A stretch of 63,233 bases of DNA, filler included, from Octopus bimaculoides (GCF_001194135.2; 9 parts of 7 records of this genome joined end to end with filler, not necessarily neighbours in it), one strand, 5' to 3'. Positions 12,359 through 24,967 are shown, counted from the whole stretch's first letter. Translations and numbers: made by a program. Notes: generated by a model not told the origin, from the sequence alone.

Positions 12359-14540
12359 GTAAACTGGAATATTACTTTCTTCCTTTCCGTTAAAATATAT
12401 CCACAGCCGTCACTCGAAAACCATTAAGACCACATTGTANNNNNNNNNNNNNNNNNNNNNNNNNNNNNNNNNNNNNNNNNNNNNNNNNNNNNNNNNNNNN
12501 NNNNNNNNNNNNNNNNNNNNNNNNNNNNNNNNNNNNNNNNNNNNNNNNNNNNNNNNNNNNNNNNNNNNNNNNNNNNNNNNNNNNNNNNNNNNNNNNNNNN
12601 NNNNNNNNNNNNNNNNNNNNNNNNNNNNNNNNNNNNNNNNNNNNNNNNNNNNNNNNNNNNNNNNNNNNNNNNNNNNNNNNNNNNNNNNNNNNNNNNNNNN
12701 NNNNNNNNNNNNNNNNNNNNNNNNNNNNNNNNNNNNNNNNNNNNNNNNNNNNNNNNNNNNNNNNNNNNNNNNNNNNNNNNNNNNNNNNNNNNNNNNNNNN
12801 NNNNNNNNNNNNNNNNNNNNNNNNNNNNNNNNNNNNNNNNNNNNNNNNNNNNNNNNNNNNNNNNNNNNNNNNNNNNNNNNNNNNNNNNNNNNNNNNNNNN
12901 NNNNNNNNNNNNNNNNNNNNNNNNNNNNNNNNNNNNNNNNNNNNNNNNNNNNNNNNNNNNNNNNNNNNNNNNNNNNNNNNNNNNNNNNNNNNNNNNNNNN
13001 NNNNNNNNNNNNNNNNNNNNNNNNNNNNNNNNNNNNNNNNNNNNNNNNNNNNNNNNNNNNNNNNNNNNNNNNNNNNNNNNNNNNNNNNNNNNNNNNNNNN
13101 NNNNNNNNNNNNNNNNNNNNNNNNNNNNNNNNNNNNNNNNNNNNNNNNNNNNNNNNNNNNNNNNNNNNNNNNNNNNNNNNNNNNNNNNNNNNNNNNNNNN
13201 NNNNNNNNNNNNNNNNNNNNNNNNNNNNNNNNNNNNNNNNNNNNNNNNNNNNNNNNNNNNNNNNNNNNNNNNNNNNNNNNNNNNNNNNNNNNNNNNNNNN
13301 NNNNNNNNNNNNNNNNNNNNNNNNNNNNNNNNNNNNNNNNNNNNNNNNNNNNNNNNNNNNNNNNNNNNNNNNNNNNNNNNNNATAATCTGATATACGAGA
13401 ATATAGGAGAATAGAGCGTGACATAAGAGCATGGCTGCATTCTGTTGTCTGTTTTATTGTCTGTCCTGCTTTCAGATCTTTCTGTTTTCTTGAAGCTGAC
13501 TTAGCTTATTTAAAGATTCAGTCATTTGCAATCACCGACTCCATTGCCTTTTTTGAAGACTCCAGTCCATTGGTTATTTTTCATGACATCCTCACTCAGT
13601 TTGAGAAATCCAATTTTCTATCTAAAATTTTTTCGAGATTGAAAGAAACGAGTTTCAATTTCAAATTAAGGCAACACATATCTTATTTCTAACTCCAATG
13701 TCTACATTTTCATTGCTTTTATTGTTGTTAGGTGTTTGCGATTATTAATTGCGTTTTCGTGATGGATTCCTTTCTTTAAATATTCTTCTCCACTTCTGAT
13801 ATTTTTCGTTTTCAGAATGTCCCTTATTAAGTTAACAAGTTTGTTGGGGGTCCGATGATACAGTTAGATCTTGGTTATTTTCTCTCCAAATTTTATACTA
13901 GAATATCGTATTTTCATATAAAATATTATTGCAAAATAAAACGAAGATTCTCTTGTGTTCATTTTATGTATTTTCTGTTTTATTTGCTTGGACTGAGGAG
14001 TTTAATCTGACCATTTTATTTCATTATTATCTTTGGTTAGGGGCGTATTAGTTTCTGTTGTTGGTGAGTTTTGCACGCGTGATTTTTCGTAAATTTTATA
14101 TGAAAAATTCCTCTTGTGCATTCCTCCAGTAAGAAGAAATTATAGCGAATTGATACATCTTTATTGGGGTAATTTGACCTATTTTAAGTTTGGCGACGGG
14201 TAACAGTGCGATGCAGTTTTGATATAGACCGTGATCCGATGGCCATATCTACATTTGATCAGAGAACTTTGGACACTAAGCATTTAAAACATTATTTTTG
14301 AATGCTAAATAGCAATAAAATTTTCAGAAGTTTACCTCTGCTGTTAACTTTCAACAATTCGGCAAGTCGTTTTCGGTTTCATTTATTGGTTTTGGATATT
14401 TTACAGCAAGGATTAAATTTTCTTGCATGGTAAACATCCCCAGTGATGCTGTTTCTGTTGTTTTTGTTGTTGTAATTAGCAATAATCGTACTAATAAATA
14501 GTTTGGTTGTAGTGTATAATTTTCAAATCTATTATTACAG

Positions 14541-14724
14541 CCAGTATGCCGATTCGCATTATCAATGAACGGTGTTAAACTGAAGACTGAAAAGTCCTGC
14601 AGCACATACAGCAAATGTGTTGAAGCTATGAGAAACAATGCCCTTACATGCAACAAATGGACCAAAAGCAGGTTTTGTGTTGGTTGTTGCGTCGGACACT
14701 TATGTAACAAGAATGATTTCATTG
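14541..14724 (+). CDS. Exon 2 of the Ly6/uPAR-like domain
   Basis: Acceptor attattacag|, donor TTG|gtaagt; 184 nt, phase 0 to 1, in frame with 12267-12358; PVCRFALSMNGVKLKTEKSCSTYSKCVEAMRNNALTCNKWTKSRFCVGCCVGHLCNKNDFI ends with the diagnostic CCxxxLCN. Confidence 0.82.
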
Positions 14725-14914
14725 GTAAGTGTTATTCATTGTCTAATATAACACCACCAGGTTTATTACAAATTGATAGTCAATAAGAACATTGTATAAT
14801 AGTTAATATAAGGGAAATATTTTGATGTGTGTATACGTGTGTGCATGTGTGTATATATATGTGTGTGCGTATGCACATGCTGGCGTGCACACACACATCC
14901 GTATCTGTATGTAT

Positions 14915-14950
<36 letters not shown>

Positions 14951-14954
14951 AAAA

Positions 14955-16100
14955 CGAATTGGAATTCGTATTAGAAGGGCTAAATGTCCTCTTGGGGAAT
15001 AGCTTCTTTGTCTTCAGAGACAACTCCTATAATTCTTTGGCATGAAAGTATAGAAAGATTTAAAGGATTTGAAGCTCTTATAAATGGACTTGTTATAGAC
15101 ATTCAATTTCCGATGGAATATAGTTATCAACAACTTCCAGTCCTCGACATCCTCATTAAGAAATACAACATCAAAATAGAAACAGATATATATTATAATC
15201 CCACGGACTCCAAGCAATATCTACTGAATGAATATCCCCTTCAACCTAGCAAAAAGGATTTGTACTATAATCTCTAATACAAACACCGGGGACACTAATT
15301 GATATAGGCTTTGAATGTGCACTACAACTCAACATCCCCGAACTCAGACATCCCAAATTAAAGAAGGATTTACAGCCAAAGCCGTATCATACATCTCCAC
15401 ACATGACTCCCTTAACAATAAAACTTTGAACACAATCCTCCAGAACATTTACCAACTACGAATGGATCACAGAATGAATTTTATCCTCCAAACGCACACC
15501 ATCATAAAGAGCGAAAGACAACCAAAATGTATGAAATGTTTCATAATACAAGCTCAAGTACATTCGACATCACACTGTAGCCGTCAGTAAAAAGTGCAGA
15601 TGATCTAACTATGGTATATGCGTCAACGTAGTTGAGGGATAGGAGTTCTCTTTCAAACAGGCTCAACGATTTACAGTGAAGAACAACATCACATTTGCTT
15701 CGGAAAACCTAATATATGCATTAACTTGCTCATGGTGTCGAGAACAATACATAGGCCAAACCAAAAATTGTCTACACCAGAGGAATACCCTACACAGATC
15801 CCAGATTAAAATTCGAGAATACAGAAAAATAGCATTCAGTGAACACATTGACATTTGCACCACTAATGAACAACNNNNNNNNNNNNNNNNNNNNNNNNNN
15901 NNNNNNNNNNNNNNNNNNNNNNNNNNNNNNNNNNNNNNNNNNNNNNNNNNNNNNNNNNNNNNNNNNNNNNNNNNCTTCTGCAACCACTACACGTCTACAA
16001 CATTGCAAGTAACATAATATCTAAAACTACCAGTACCATACACTACCATTATCTCATACATAAGCAACCATTGGGGTTTCTACGTCGGTCAACTAATTAT
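14955..16100 (+). mobile_element. Decayed Penelope-like element (Neptune-type) RT C-terminus and GIY-YIG endonuclease
   Basis: QFPMEYSYQQLPVLDILIKK..IETDIYYNPTDSKQYLL (RT thumb region); NLIYALTCSWCREQYIGQTKNCLHQRNTLHRSQIK (GIY-YIG with internal CxxC). Confidence 0.8.
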
Positions 16101-16459
16101 TGGTCTATTCAGTAATTTCCTACTTTCTGCCTCAATTGCTTTCTTGTCTTGGGATCGCAGTGACATACAAACAGAAGTATTTTGTACAAAATTCTGTTTA
16201 TCCTATTATTTCAACCAATGACATCATGTTCTACTATTTATTCCTGAAACGTTTTGTAACAAACATACATACATAGAACCAAATACACCCGCGTACTCCC
16301 TTAGCTACACAGAATTACACATGATGGTGTATATAGATGAAACTTGCAAATGATCAGAAAAATAATGCAGTCATTTGTATGAAGGTAAGTTCTAATTATC
16401 ATGTTATATTGCTCATCTTTTTTATACATACATACACACACATATATACACACATATAT

Positions 16460-16502
<43 letters not shown>

Positions 16503-16685
16503 CATACATACATACACATATATATACAAAAAATTAATACGAAGTATATAATTTTTAATGCATTATTACAGTATTGGCTATTACTATAGGTAAAGCGACA
16601 CGCTGTAACGAGACGCTAAGGTCAAACTACTTCATCAAATATACACACGCACGAAATTCGAGGGAATGAACCAAGGAGAGATTCC

Positions 16686-16745
16686 TATCTATCTAAGTAG
16701 CTAGATAAATAGATAGAAAGATAGGCAGACAGACAGACAGACAGG

Positions 16746-16787
<42 letters not shown>

Positions 16788-16809
16788 TATAGATAGATAT
16801 ATAGATAGA

Positions 16810-16841
<32 letters not shown>

Positions 16842-16858
16842 GAGACAGAGAGACAGAC

Positions 16859-16909
<51 letters not shown>

Positions 16910-16920
16910 GAGACAGACAA

Positions 16921-16976
<56 letters not shown>

Positions 16977-17030
16977 GTAGATAGATAGATAGTATACATA
17001 CAGACAGGTAGATAGATACATACATAGACG
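16686..17030. repeat. (TAGA)n/(CAGA)n tetranucleotide microsatellite
   Basis: Direct inspection; source of the spurious YLSI ORFs. Confidence 0.95.
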
Positions 17031-17138
17031 TCTTGTCTTACTTTACATGACAATAAACGTAATTATATTCCTTTCTTATGTATTTTATCAATTTGGCTGT
17101 TTCGAACGAGAGAGAGTAATCATGAGAACGTTTTGTAC

Positions 17139-17310
17139 CATTGTGCTTCCTTCTGTTTCATTAGTTCCGTATGAAACACCATAGAAAAGACCATCGAAAG
17201 TGTCCCTATTCACTTTGGCAACACCAATAGCAAGATTAGAATATATAGCTGTGACTTGCTGCTCTTCCAGCGGAATCTTTTCTGGGATTGCTTCTATAAT
17301 GTTCAGCAAT
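17139..17310 (-). CDS. Adhesion GPCR exon, GAIN domain
   Basis: Acceptor ttctcacag|, donor ATG|gtacaa; 172 nt, phase 2 to 0; (R)LLNIIEAIPEKIPLEEQQVTAIYSNLAIGVAKVNRDTFDGLFYGVSYGTNETEGSTM; in frame with 18486-18717. Confidence 0.8.
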
Positions 17311-17523
17311 CTGTGAGAAAATCAAGAAAATGACTTTCAATTAACAATGTGTTTCGAATACGTAATTAGCTTTAGGTGTAATTACACTAATTATTTTGGT
17401 TAACAAATTTGTGCATGCTACTGTTGCTTCTAATACTTCTGTTGTTGTTAGGTTAGTGTTGATAGAGCAAATTTATTATCTACGCCGTTGCAAATATGTC
17501 CGCGGGATCTATTGCTATTACTT

Positions 17524-17650
17524 TTCTTCTTCTTCTTCTTCTTCTTCTTCTTCTTCTTCTTCTTCTTCTTCTTCTTCTTCTTCTTCTTCTTCTTCTTGCT
17601 GTTGTTGTTGTTGTTGTTATTATTATTATCATTATTATTATTATTATTAT
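17524..17650. repeat. Compound (TTC)n-(TTG)n-(TTA)n microsatellite
   Basis: Direct inspection. Confidence 0.95.
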
Positions 17651-18200
17651 TGAGTGAGAGAGGAGTGTATGCCATCAAAGTGACACTGGGGTAAAATATA
17701 CGAAGCCCATTATACCCTTCATGACTACCCGTCTGATAAGGGTACACCAGGCACATGCATCACAACCATATGTACGCAACATGGAGATCTCATATCAAGA
17801 TAAACAGTGCATGACCTCGCAGGTGGGGCCCAGTTAGAATTTTATTCAGGTCAAGTAGCCCATCCTGCTCAAATGGTCCCTGAATAAGGTTTGTTTAAGG
17901 ATGTTGAGCAAAACACCCATGTTTCCAAAGGTGAATTCTTCAAACCCAAAAGAATTTCTCTCAACACATGGCTATGGTGCTCCCCCACTACTTCTGCTCA
18001 TGATCAGAGATAAACACATCGTCAGCCACCAAGGGACATGTTCAACTGGTTAAGGTCAAGCAACTGACAAGCAAATTTGTGGTATTGAGCAGAATATTTG
18101 CTGTAACCCATCTTTTATACCAAGACAAAACAATGTACATGATAACACTTCCAATCAGTTAAAATCAGAAGCCACTGCCTGGTACTGCATCCGGGCCTTA
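17651..18200. mobile_element. Unclassified ~540-bp interspersed repeat flanked by (ATT)n, probably a LINE 3' end or SINE read on the - strand
   Basis: Colinear near-identical copy at 48840-49385 and partial copy at 45510-45720 (ATGCCATCAAAGTGACACTG...GACCTCGCAGGTGGGGCCCAG...GCCACTGCCTGGTACTGCATCC). Confidence 0.8.
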
Positions 18201-18369
18201 TTATTATTATTATAATTATTATTATTTTATGTTTGACTTTTGTTTTGCATTTGTACAAGTTGGATCCAAGTCTCACCCAGAGACCTCAAAAGACAACAAG
18301 TTAGAAATTCATGTAGGTGTTATGCCTAGGGTACCATATATTTGGATTTGTACCGTTTTGTTCTAGTGA

Positions 18370-18463
<94 letters not shown>

Positions 18464-18485
18464 TCAAAAGCAATTTGAATATTAC

Positions 18486-18717
18486 CTGTTGGCACTTCTA
18501 TTCTCTTGTTCTGCCTCGGCTAGAACCTCCTCTGTTATGGTTAACAAATTGTTGATACTACGAAGAGTGTTGTTCAAAGTTAAATTGGCCGACACTTTCG
18601 ATATAAATGGCACCATTTTCTCATGAATGTCTACAGCCAGTTCAACATCTTCTTCTTTGAAATACTCTGATTTCTGTGATATGTCTAAAACCTCCTTCGA
18701 AATATTGTTGATGTTTC
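18486..18717 (-). CDS. Adhesion GPCR exon, helical GAIN subdomain A
   Basis: Acceptor ttccattgcag|, donor AAG-like ACAG|gtaata; 232 nt, phase 1 to 2; GNINNISKEVLDISQKSEYFKEEDVELAVDIHEKMVPFISKVSANLTLNNTLRSINNLLTITEEVLAEAEQENRSANR; absent from the ORF track, found by reading the - strand. Confidence 0.85.
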
Positions 18718-20004
18718 CTGCAATGGAAAATTTAACATGAAATTTAAGGGAATTACAATTGCTATGAGTCGAAGTATAAGATGCAAATTAAGAGTCACAA
18801 CAATTAATGAATCACCGGAAGTTAATTAATAACTCCTACTCCAAATATCACGAAGATTGCTGAATGTGTTCAGTGTATCAGTTGTATACTCATTGTTATA
18901 CATCCTTAGTGTCCCCTGCTCTGTAGCATTAACTGGAGTAGTCAGGGAGCTACACAGTACTATGGAACCCTTTATTGTTGAGCAAAACAGACACTTGATG
19001 GGTGTTGTATATCATTGACATCCAATGAACTGTAAAACACTAGCCATCATAAACAACCATTAACACCAATGAAATTATTTTCCAATCACAAGGTGAATCT
19101 AGACAAATCGGGTCACTGCTCTAAGGAATAATACAGGTTTCAAATATTGGCACGTGACCAGCATATTCGGTGAAGGGGTTAAGTTGATTACATTGACCTA
19201 GTGCTCAACTGGCGCTTATATTATCGACACAGAAATGATGAAAATCAAAATCAATCTCGGCAGAATTTGAGCTCAGAACGTAAAAAATTACGAAGGACTG
19301 CTAAGCATTTCCCGGTCTGCTAACCATTCTGCCAGTTCACCGCCTAATTGAAGGATTAATATTGATAAGTTTTTATGACGGTCTAATGAGAAATTGAGAT
19401 CATCATATCATTAAATGCATATGAAAGTCTATTCAATTTTACAGTGCCATAACATTTGAGAGAAGTATATTGCTTATATTCTATGACAAACAGACATGTA
19501 GGGTACGTCATTGAATATTTGAATATTCTACAACTACCCTTCCAACGTAGTGTATGCACAGATGTGTGTACCAGTAATATCCCTGATGTTTTTCTGCTTC
19601 TCTATCTGCTCAAACTGTCTGCAGAATGTGTATGAAAACGTGGTTTTAACGATATTACAATAATAAACTCAACTCTCCAAAGTAATACATTCTTTCATAA
19701 TGTTTCCATAAGTGAGTCAAATGATTTGCCGTTGAACGAGATGGACACATTCCTGGAGAACCCAAACGGGAAAATACGGCGCATCACCTTTTCATAGATC
19801 ATTGTAATTACAAATACAACCACACACATACAAATAAACACAGAGAGAATGGTCAGAATGGAATAGACATAGAAAGACACATACATACACAATCACAGAC
19901 CCCACCAGAGTGGTCGTAATTAAACAGACACTCTCAAACATACTTCTTCTCATCCTGCTACTTCTACTACTGCAAAAGCTATTCAAAAACATTTGTTCGC
20001 TCAC

Positions 20005-20174
20005 CTTCATCAATGTCTTCACTTTCGATATCCTTTAGTCCTTGAGTGATCTGTTCTGTATTGTAACATTGAGACATGTTTGCCTCTTGCCAGATACCAG
20101 TAAACGGTGAACAGTTTTGTGATGACATGTTTTGACTTGATGTCATTTCTGGATGTCCCACCGTTTTGGGAGAA
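20005..20174 (-). CDS. Adhesion GPCR exon, end of HormR domain and start of GAIN
   Basis: Acceptor tattttttcag|, donor GAAG|gtgagc; 170 nt, phase 2 to 1; (C)SPKTVGHPEMTSSQNMSSQNCSPFTGIWQEANMSQCYNTEQITQGLKDIESEDIDE contains the G.W....S.C HormR signature. Confidence 0.85.
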
Positions 20175-21118
20175 CTGAAAAAATAAATGTTAAATATTGC
20201 TAGTCGAGTTTATTCATTCTTAGCGGAATTTCATCAATCGCAAAGGAATATAAGAAACCTTCGATCTGGTTGTGATTTGAACTCATAATTTAGTGAAAGA
20301 AGGATAAATGGTGTAATGCAATTTGGGGAGAAATCTATTATTTACTCCTGATCCTTTTCTTCAAAACTAATGTCAAATATATTCTAACTAGAGTTCAGAT
20401 ATAAAAACAATATTCCTGCATCTGCTTTTATTTACAATAATTAGTTGATTTTATGATTATTCAATACAATATTGGATGGAATGGTATATGTGATGCAATT
20501 TTAAAGAATTAGGTTGTTAGTTCAAGTTGAATGGGGGAATCAGTTGCTAATATTTCGCCATCAAAGACATCCGTAGCAACATAGCAACAGCGGCACTAAT
20601 GGGTTTATGTATATTTCTCTACATATGCACAGATTTGCGTAATTCCTTCAAGTGATCTTATCTTAAAACTAATAAAGCTCAGTCTCTGAGAGGAACGATT
20701 TGGATGCTTAACCTGTGGAATAACGTGGTAGAAATGACAGAAGGCTGACCGTATTTCGTACTCTGTGCTGAATCAAATCCCAGGATGACCAACATATACT
20801 AGCAAGATATATAGCTCTACAGTAATACTAAAATTGAATAAATAATATTTGAACTCAGAATATAAAAACGAATGGAATGAAAGCTTTGTATAATATTGGC
20901 GACAAAGCAAATCAAGGTAGTTAGGAAAAGGCTAAATTATATCAGATAATGTATAAAATGTAAAAATACTGGGACAAGAGATTGCAACCGATGCACATTT
21001 GATTCTATCGTGTTAACCCATCTAGCTGTTATTTACGCTACCAAGTAACATTCTCTCACAATAGGATGGCGCTGAAAAACTTCAAAATTTGAGTAGAAAT
21101 AAATCAAAATAAACCAAC

Positions 21119-21233
21119 CAGTATCTTGTTGCTACATGTGCATGACATGGGATCTCTGCAGTAGTTCCTATTTTTGTCATTGGCCAATAGAAAGTTCGAT
21201 TGTAAGCTGATGTTGTGCTTTCATCACAAACCA
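21119..21233 (-). CDS. Adhesion GPCR exon, hormone-receptor (HormR/HRM) domain
   Basis: Acceptor tttcttattcag|, donor CTG|gttggt; 115 nt, phase 1 to 2; VCDESTTSAYNRTFYWPMTKIGTTAEIPCHAHVATRY(C) matches the C......WP.T..G....PC....TR.C pattern. Confidence 0.85.
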
Positions 21234-21274
21234 CTGAATAAGAAACAAAACATGGATATGAGAAGCCAATAGGA

Positions 21275-21300
21275 AGCAGCAGCAGCAGCAGCAGCAGCAT

Positions 21301-21337
<37 letters not shown>

Positions 21338-21510
21338 GGTGGTGGTGGTGGTCTTGGTGGTGGTAGTGGTAGTGGTGGTCATGGTGGTGGTAGTAGTAGT
21401 AGTGGTGGTTGTGTTGTTGATGGTGGTGACAGTGGTGGTATTGATGATGTTGGTGTTGGTAATGGAGTTGGTGGTAGTAGTAGTAGCAATAGCTGTAGCA
21501 GCAGCCGTTG
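21275..21510. repeat. Cryptic trinucleotide repeat (GCA)n-(GTA)n-(GTG)n-(GTT)n
   Basis: Direct inspection; reads poly-Thr/Ala on the - strand. Confidence 0.9.
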
Positions 21511-21989
21511 CTATTGTAAATAAATAGCTTGGACGTGCTGGCTGATTTGAGAATAATGTGTCATAAAGTGTTACAAACACATATGGAGAGCGATATACTC
21601 TTACGCTATCAAAAATATTCAAAATATTTTAGATCGGACATTTTCTAAATATTATTCCTCGTGAGGCAAGCCAGGCGTGACCTTAACACCGATCTAGTAA
21701 TCATTTCGCTCGAAAGTGGTTCACTATAAACTTTCCATGATATGTAAGGAAATAAATATTTACTTCCCTACTGAGATATGTACAAAGTATGGACATGTAT
21801 GGCAGTGACATACAGGAAGTCATTGAAAGAGGTCGATGCTGATTGAAGAAGGATGAAGTGAGTTTGGTTTTCTGGATAAGAAATGCTTCATTTGGAGATA
21901 ATTTGAGCTCATCATTTTTTGAGAATATAACTGAGAATCAAAGGTCTTGGTCTATATCACCAGAAATAACAATTTTAAAGACGTTTATA

Positions 21990-22725
21990 TTCATATATGA
22001 CCCACGACGGTGCTACAGACTCGCATCGCAACTCACAATACAAACGTCAACATACTGCATGACCCTCTATTATCTCCCTTTTCACCACATTACCAGGAAT
22101 CCTTCGAAAAATTCCAAGGACAATAAACATAGCTTGTGTCGGGAATAGAAGCTATATATAAAATCCTACAAAACTGGTTANNNNNNNNNNATCTTATATA
22201 TATATATTCTGCGGCAGCAGAATTCGGCATTTGGGGTATTTACTTCTTCGAAGAGGACAGTATTACAGTCACTGTGAACTCTGATCGATATTGTGTAATG
22301 CTAAAGACTTTTCTGAAACCTATATTTCATGAGCTTGACGATAGGGACAGTGTTTGGTTTCAATGTTTGGTTTCAACAGCCCACACTTCTCGACGTGTGA
22401 TGGGCATTTTGAGGGACATGTTGCCCGGTCATTTGATCTCATTGCGCAATGACATCGGTTAGCCGAACAACTAATTTGAACCCGTGCGATATTTTTTTGT
22501 GGGGATATATGAAATCAGAGGTATACACCCATCGTCCTCGATTTATTGAACAATTAAAAGATGCCACTCGTCAAGAAATTGATGACATTCCACTTAAAAT
22601 GACCATTCGAATTATGGACAACTTTCGTGAATGCCTTCGACAGTGTGTGGACAGGAAAGGTTCCCTCGTGACTGATTTAATTTTAAAATCAATTGAAACA
22701 AATGAAACATTTCCAAAATAAGAAC
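21990..22725 (+). mobile_element. Degenerate Tc1/mariner-superfamily transposase
   Basis: GIYFFEEDSITVTVNSDRYCVML, VWFQ..STAHTSRR, LNPCDIFLWGYMKSEVY..PRFIEQLKDA, NFRECLRQCVDRKG; frameshifted. Confidence 0.85.
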
Positions 22726-22830
22726 ACATTNNNNNNNNNNNNNNNNNNNNNNNNNNNNNNNNNNNNNNNNNNNNTTAATTAATTAANNNNNNNNNNNNNN
22801 NNNNNNNNNNNNNNNNNNNNNNNNNNNNNN

Positions 22831-23005
22831 ACCACCGCCACCACCACCGCCACCGCCACCACTACCGCTCCACCGCCGCCGCCACCACCACCTCTGTTAA
22901 AGCAGGCTTGAAGAGAAAAGCAACTGCAGCAACAATAACAACAACACCAGCAACAGCATCAGCAACAGCAACAGCAGCAACTACAACAACAACAACAACA
23001 ACAAG
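22831..23005. repeat. (CCA/CCG)n and (CAA/GCA)n low-complexity tract
   Basis: Direct inspection. Confidence 0.85.
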
Positions 23006-23261
23006 GGAAACAGCATAGCGTCACTAATACTTCAAGAATGCCATCGTGTGTAAAAAAAATCCTGCCTTTCATCTTTCGGTCGGTCGGTGCCGGTTCGACT
23101 CCTGGTACTGGAACGTTAATTATGAGTCAACGAAAGAATACCTGGTATAGTAGACCTATGATCTAATACACTCCAGCCATGACCTTCCCAGCTTTTTGTC
23201 ATATATTAAGTGTAGATGCAACTACGTTGACAAACGTGTCCTTGCATTTTCTAAAGGGAAC

Positions 23262-23552
23262 ATACAGGGTGATTCAGAAGTCTCCACACATAGGGAAAAA
23301 TTATTTTTTTTTATAAGAGACAGTTTATAAAATCCCCTAGATCCCCTGATCTGACCCCTCTTGATTTCTATCTTTGGGGGCATTTGAAAAGCATGGTGTA
23401 TCGCGGAAAGATAAAAGACATAAATCATTTGAAGGAACGCATCACCAACTCATTTGCACACGTATCACCAGATGTCCTATTACGAGTTCACAATGAGTGG
23501 GGTATACGTGTTGCAATGTGTATTCAAAACAATGGTAACCATATAGAGCCTG
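23262..23552 (+). mobile_element. Internally deleted Tc1/mariner element (left TIR fused to transposase C-terminus)
   Basis: TA-CAGGGTGATTCAGAAGTCTCCACAC left end; SPRSPDLTPLDFYLWGHLKSMVYRGKIKDINHLKERITNSF...CIQNNGNHIE; truncated by a SINE at ~23555. Confidence 0.8.
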
Positions 23553-24581
23553 TCTCTTTTACTCTCTTTTACTTGTTTCAGTCATTTGACTGCGGCCATG
23601 CTGGAGCACCGCCTTTAGTCGAGCAAATCGACCCCAGGACTTATTCTTTATAAACCTAGTGCTTATTCTATCGGGCTCTTTTACCGAACCAATAATTTAC
23701 GCTAAGCATTTCGCCCGGCGTGTTAACGTTTCTTATTTCTTTATTGTCCACAGTGGGCTAAACATAGAAGGGACAAACAAGGACAGACAAAGGGATTAAT
23801 TAAGTCGATTACATCGACCCCCCCAGGGCGTAAATGGTACTTAATTTATCGACCCTGAAAGGATGAAAGGTAAAGTCGACCTCGGCGGAATTTGAACTCA
23901 GAACGTAACGGCAGACGAAATACCACTAAGCATTTCGCCCGGCGTGCTAACGATTCTGCCAGCTCACCGCCTTATAATCAGAATAGATATTGCTAAGCCT
24001 TTATCTTTTCTTTTTTGCCGTCGCTGAAGCAATTCTGCCAACGCGCAGCCTTATTTGACACAACAGTAGTTCATTTCTAATTTTGGTACACGGTCAGCAC
24101 TTTTGAGAAGAGAAAGAATTCATTTATATCGAGTACACTGCTCACTCGACCCTGAAACGATGAAAAGTAAATTCTACGTCAGTGGAATATGAACTCAGCA
24201 CGTAAAGAGCCTGACGAAATGCCACTTAGTATTCTGTCGACTTGCTACCGATTATGCTAATTCGCCACCCAAAATAACGCAGGTGTCCCAAGGCGAGCTC
24301 AGCGTGGACGGAAACCACACGTCGAGCAAAAGGGCAAAAGCTCGCTCGATCTCGATTTTCAGTACGAATACGGACCGCGAGAAGAGACTCAATAGATCGC
24401 AATGTGGTAGCTGCTCTACTAAGCACAAGGCCAGCAAATTTATTCAAGGGGGTCAAGTCGATTAAATCGACTCCAGTGTTCAACTAGTACTTATTTTATA
24501 AACCCCGAAAATATAAAAGGTAAAGTCGACCGCAGCGGAATTTGAACTCAGAAAAAAAAACAAACAAAAAACTGTAAGCTA

Positions 24582-24967
24582 TGTTGTTGGCACTCCGTCG
24601 CTTACGACGTCGAGGGTTCCAGTTGATCCAATCAACAGAACAGCCTGCTCCTGAAATTAACGTGCAAGTGGCTGAGCACTCCACAGACACGTGTACCCTT
24701 AACGTAGTTCTCGGGGGATATTCAGCGTGACACAATGTGACAAGGCTGACCCTTTGAATTACAGGCATAACAGAAACAGGAAGTAAGAGTGAGAGAAAGT
24801 TGTGGTGGAAGAGTACAGCAGGGTTCGCCACCATCTCCTGCCGGAGCCTCGTGGAGCTTTAGGTGTTTTTGCTCAATAAACACTAACAACGCCCGGTCTG
24901 GGAATCGAAACCGCGATCCTATGACCGCGAGTCCGCTGCCCTAACCACTAGGCCATTGCGCCTCCAC
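24582..24967 (-). mobile_element. Full-length tRNA-headed SINE with RTE-like (CAA)n tail
   Basis: A box TGGCCTAGTGG, B box GGTTTCGATTCC; ends GTAAGCGACGGAGTGCCAACAACA; other copies at 48109-48362 (+) and 55790-56085 (-). Confidence 0.88.

Noticed and set aside
13383-14300. Possible LINE ORF1 remnant on the - strand
   Set aside because: Only stop-riddled, Lys/Asn-rich fragments with no motif I can assign.
16337-16384. Exon-like stretch with strong donor AAG|gtaagt as the next exon of the LU gene
   Set aside because: Every phase-1 acceptor tried leads to an in-frame TGA; no recognisable peptide.
16602-16630. Hammerhead-like CTGTAACGA-GAC..GTC-AAAC
   Set aside because: Both core halves are broken and no stem I/III is evident; at most a very old relic.
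16685-17053. YLSI-repeat ORFs, and the many YIYI, VCVC, poly-L/F/Y/T ORFs elsewhere
   Set aside because: Translations of simple microsatellites.
24900-24967. tRNA genes (also 27305, 27828, 40490, 48109)
   Set aside because: A and B boxes are present, but there is no complete cloverleaf or acceptor stem and each continues into a SINE body.
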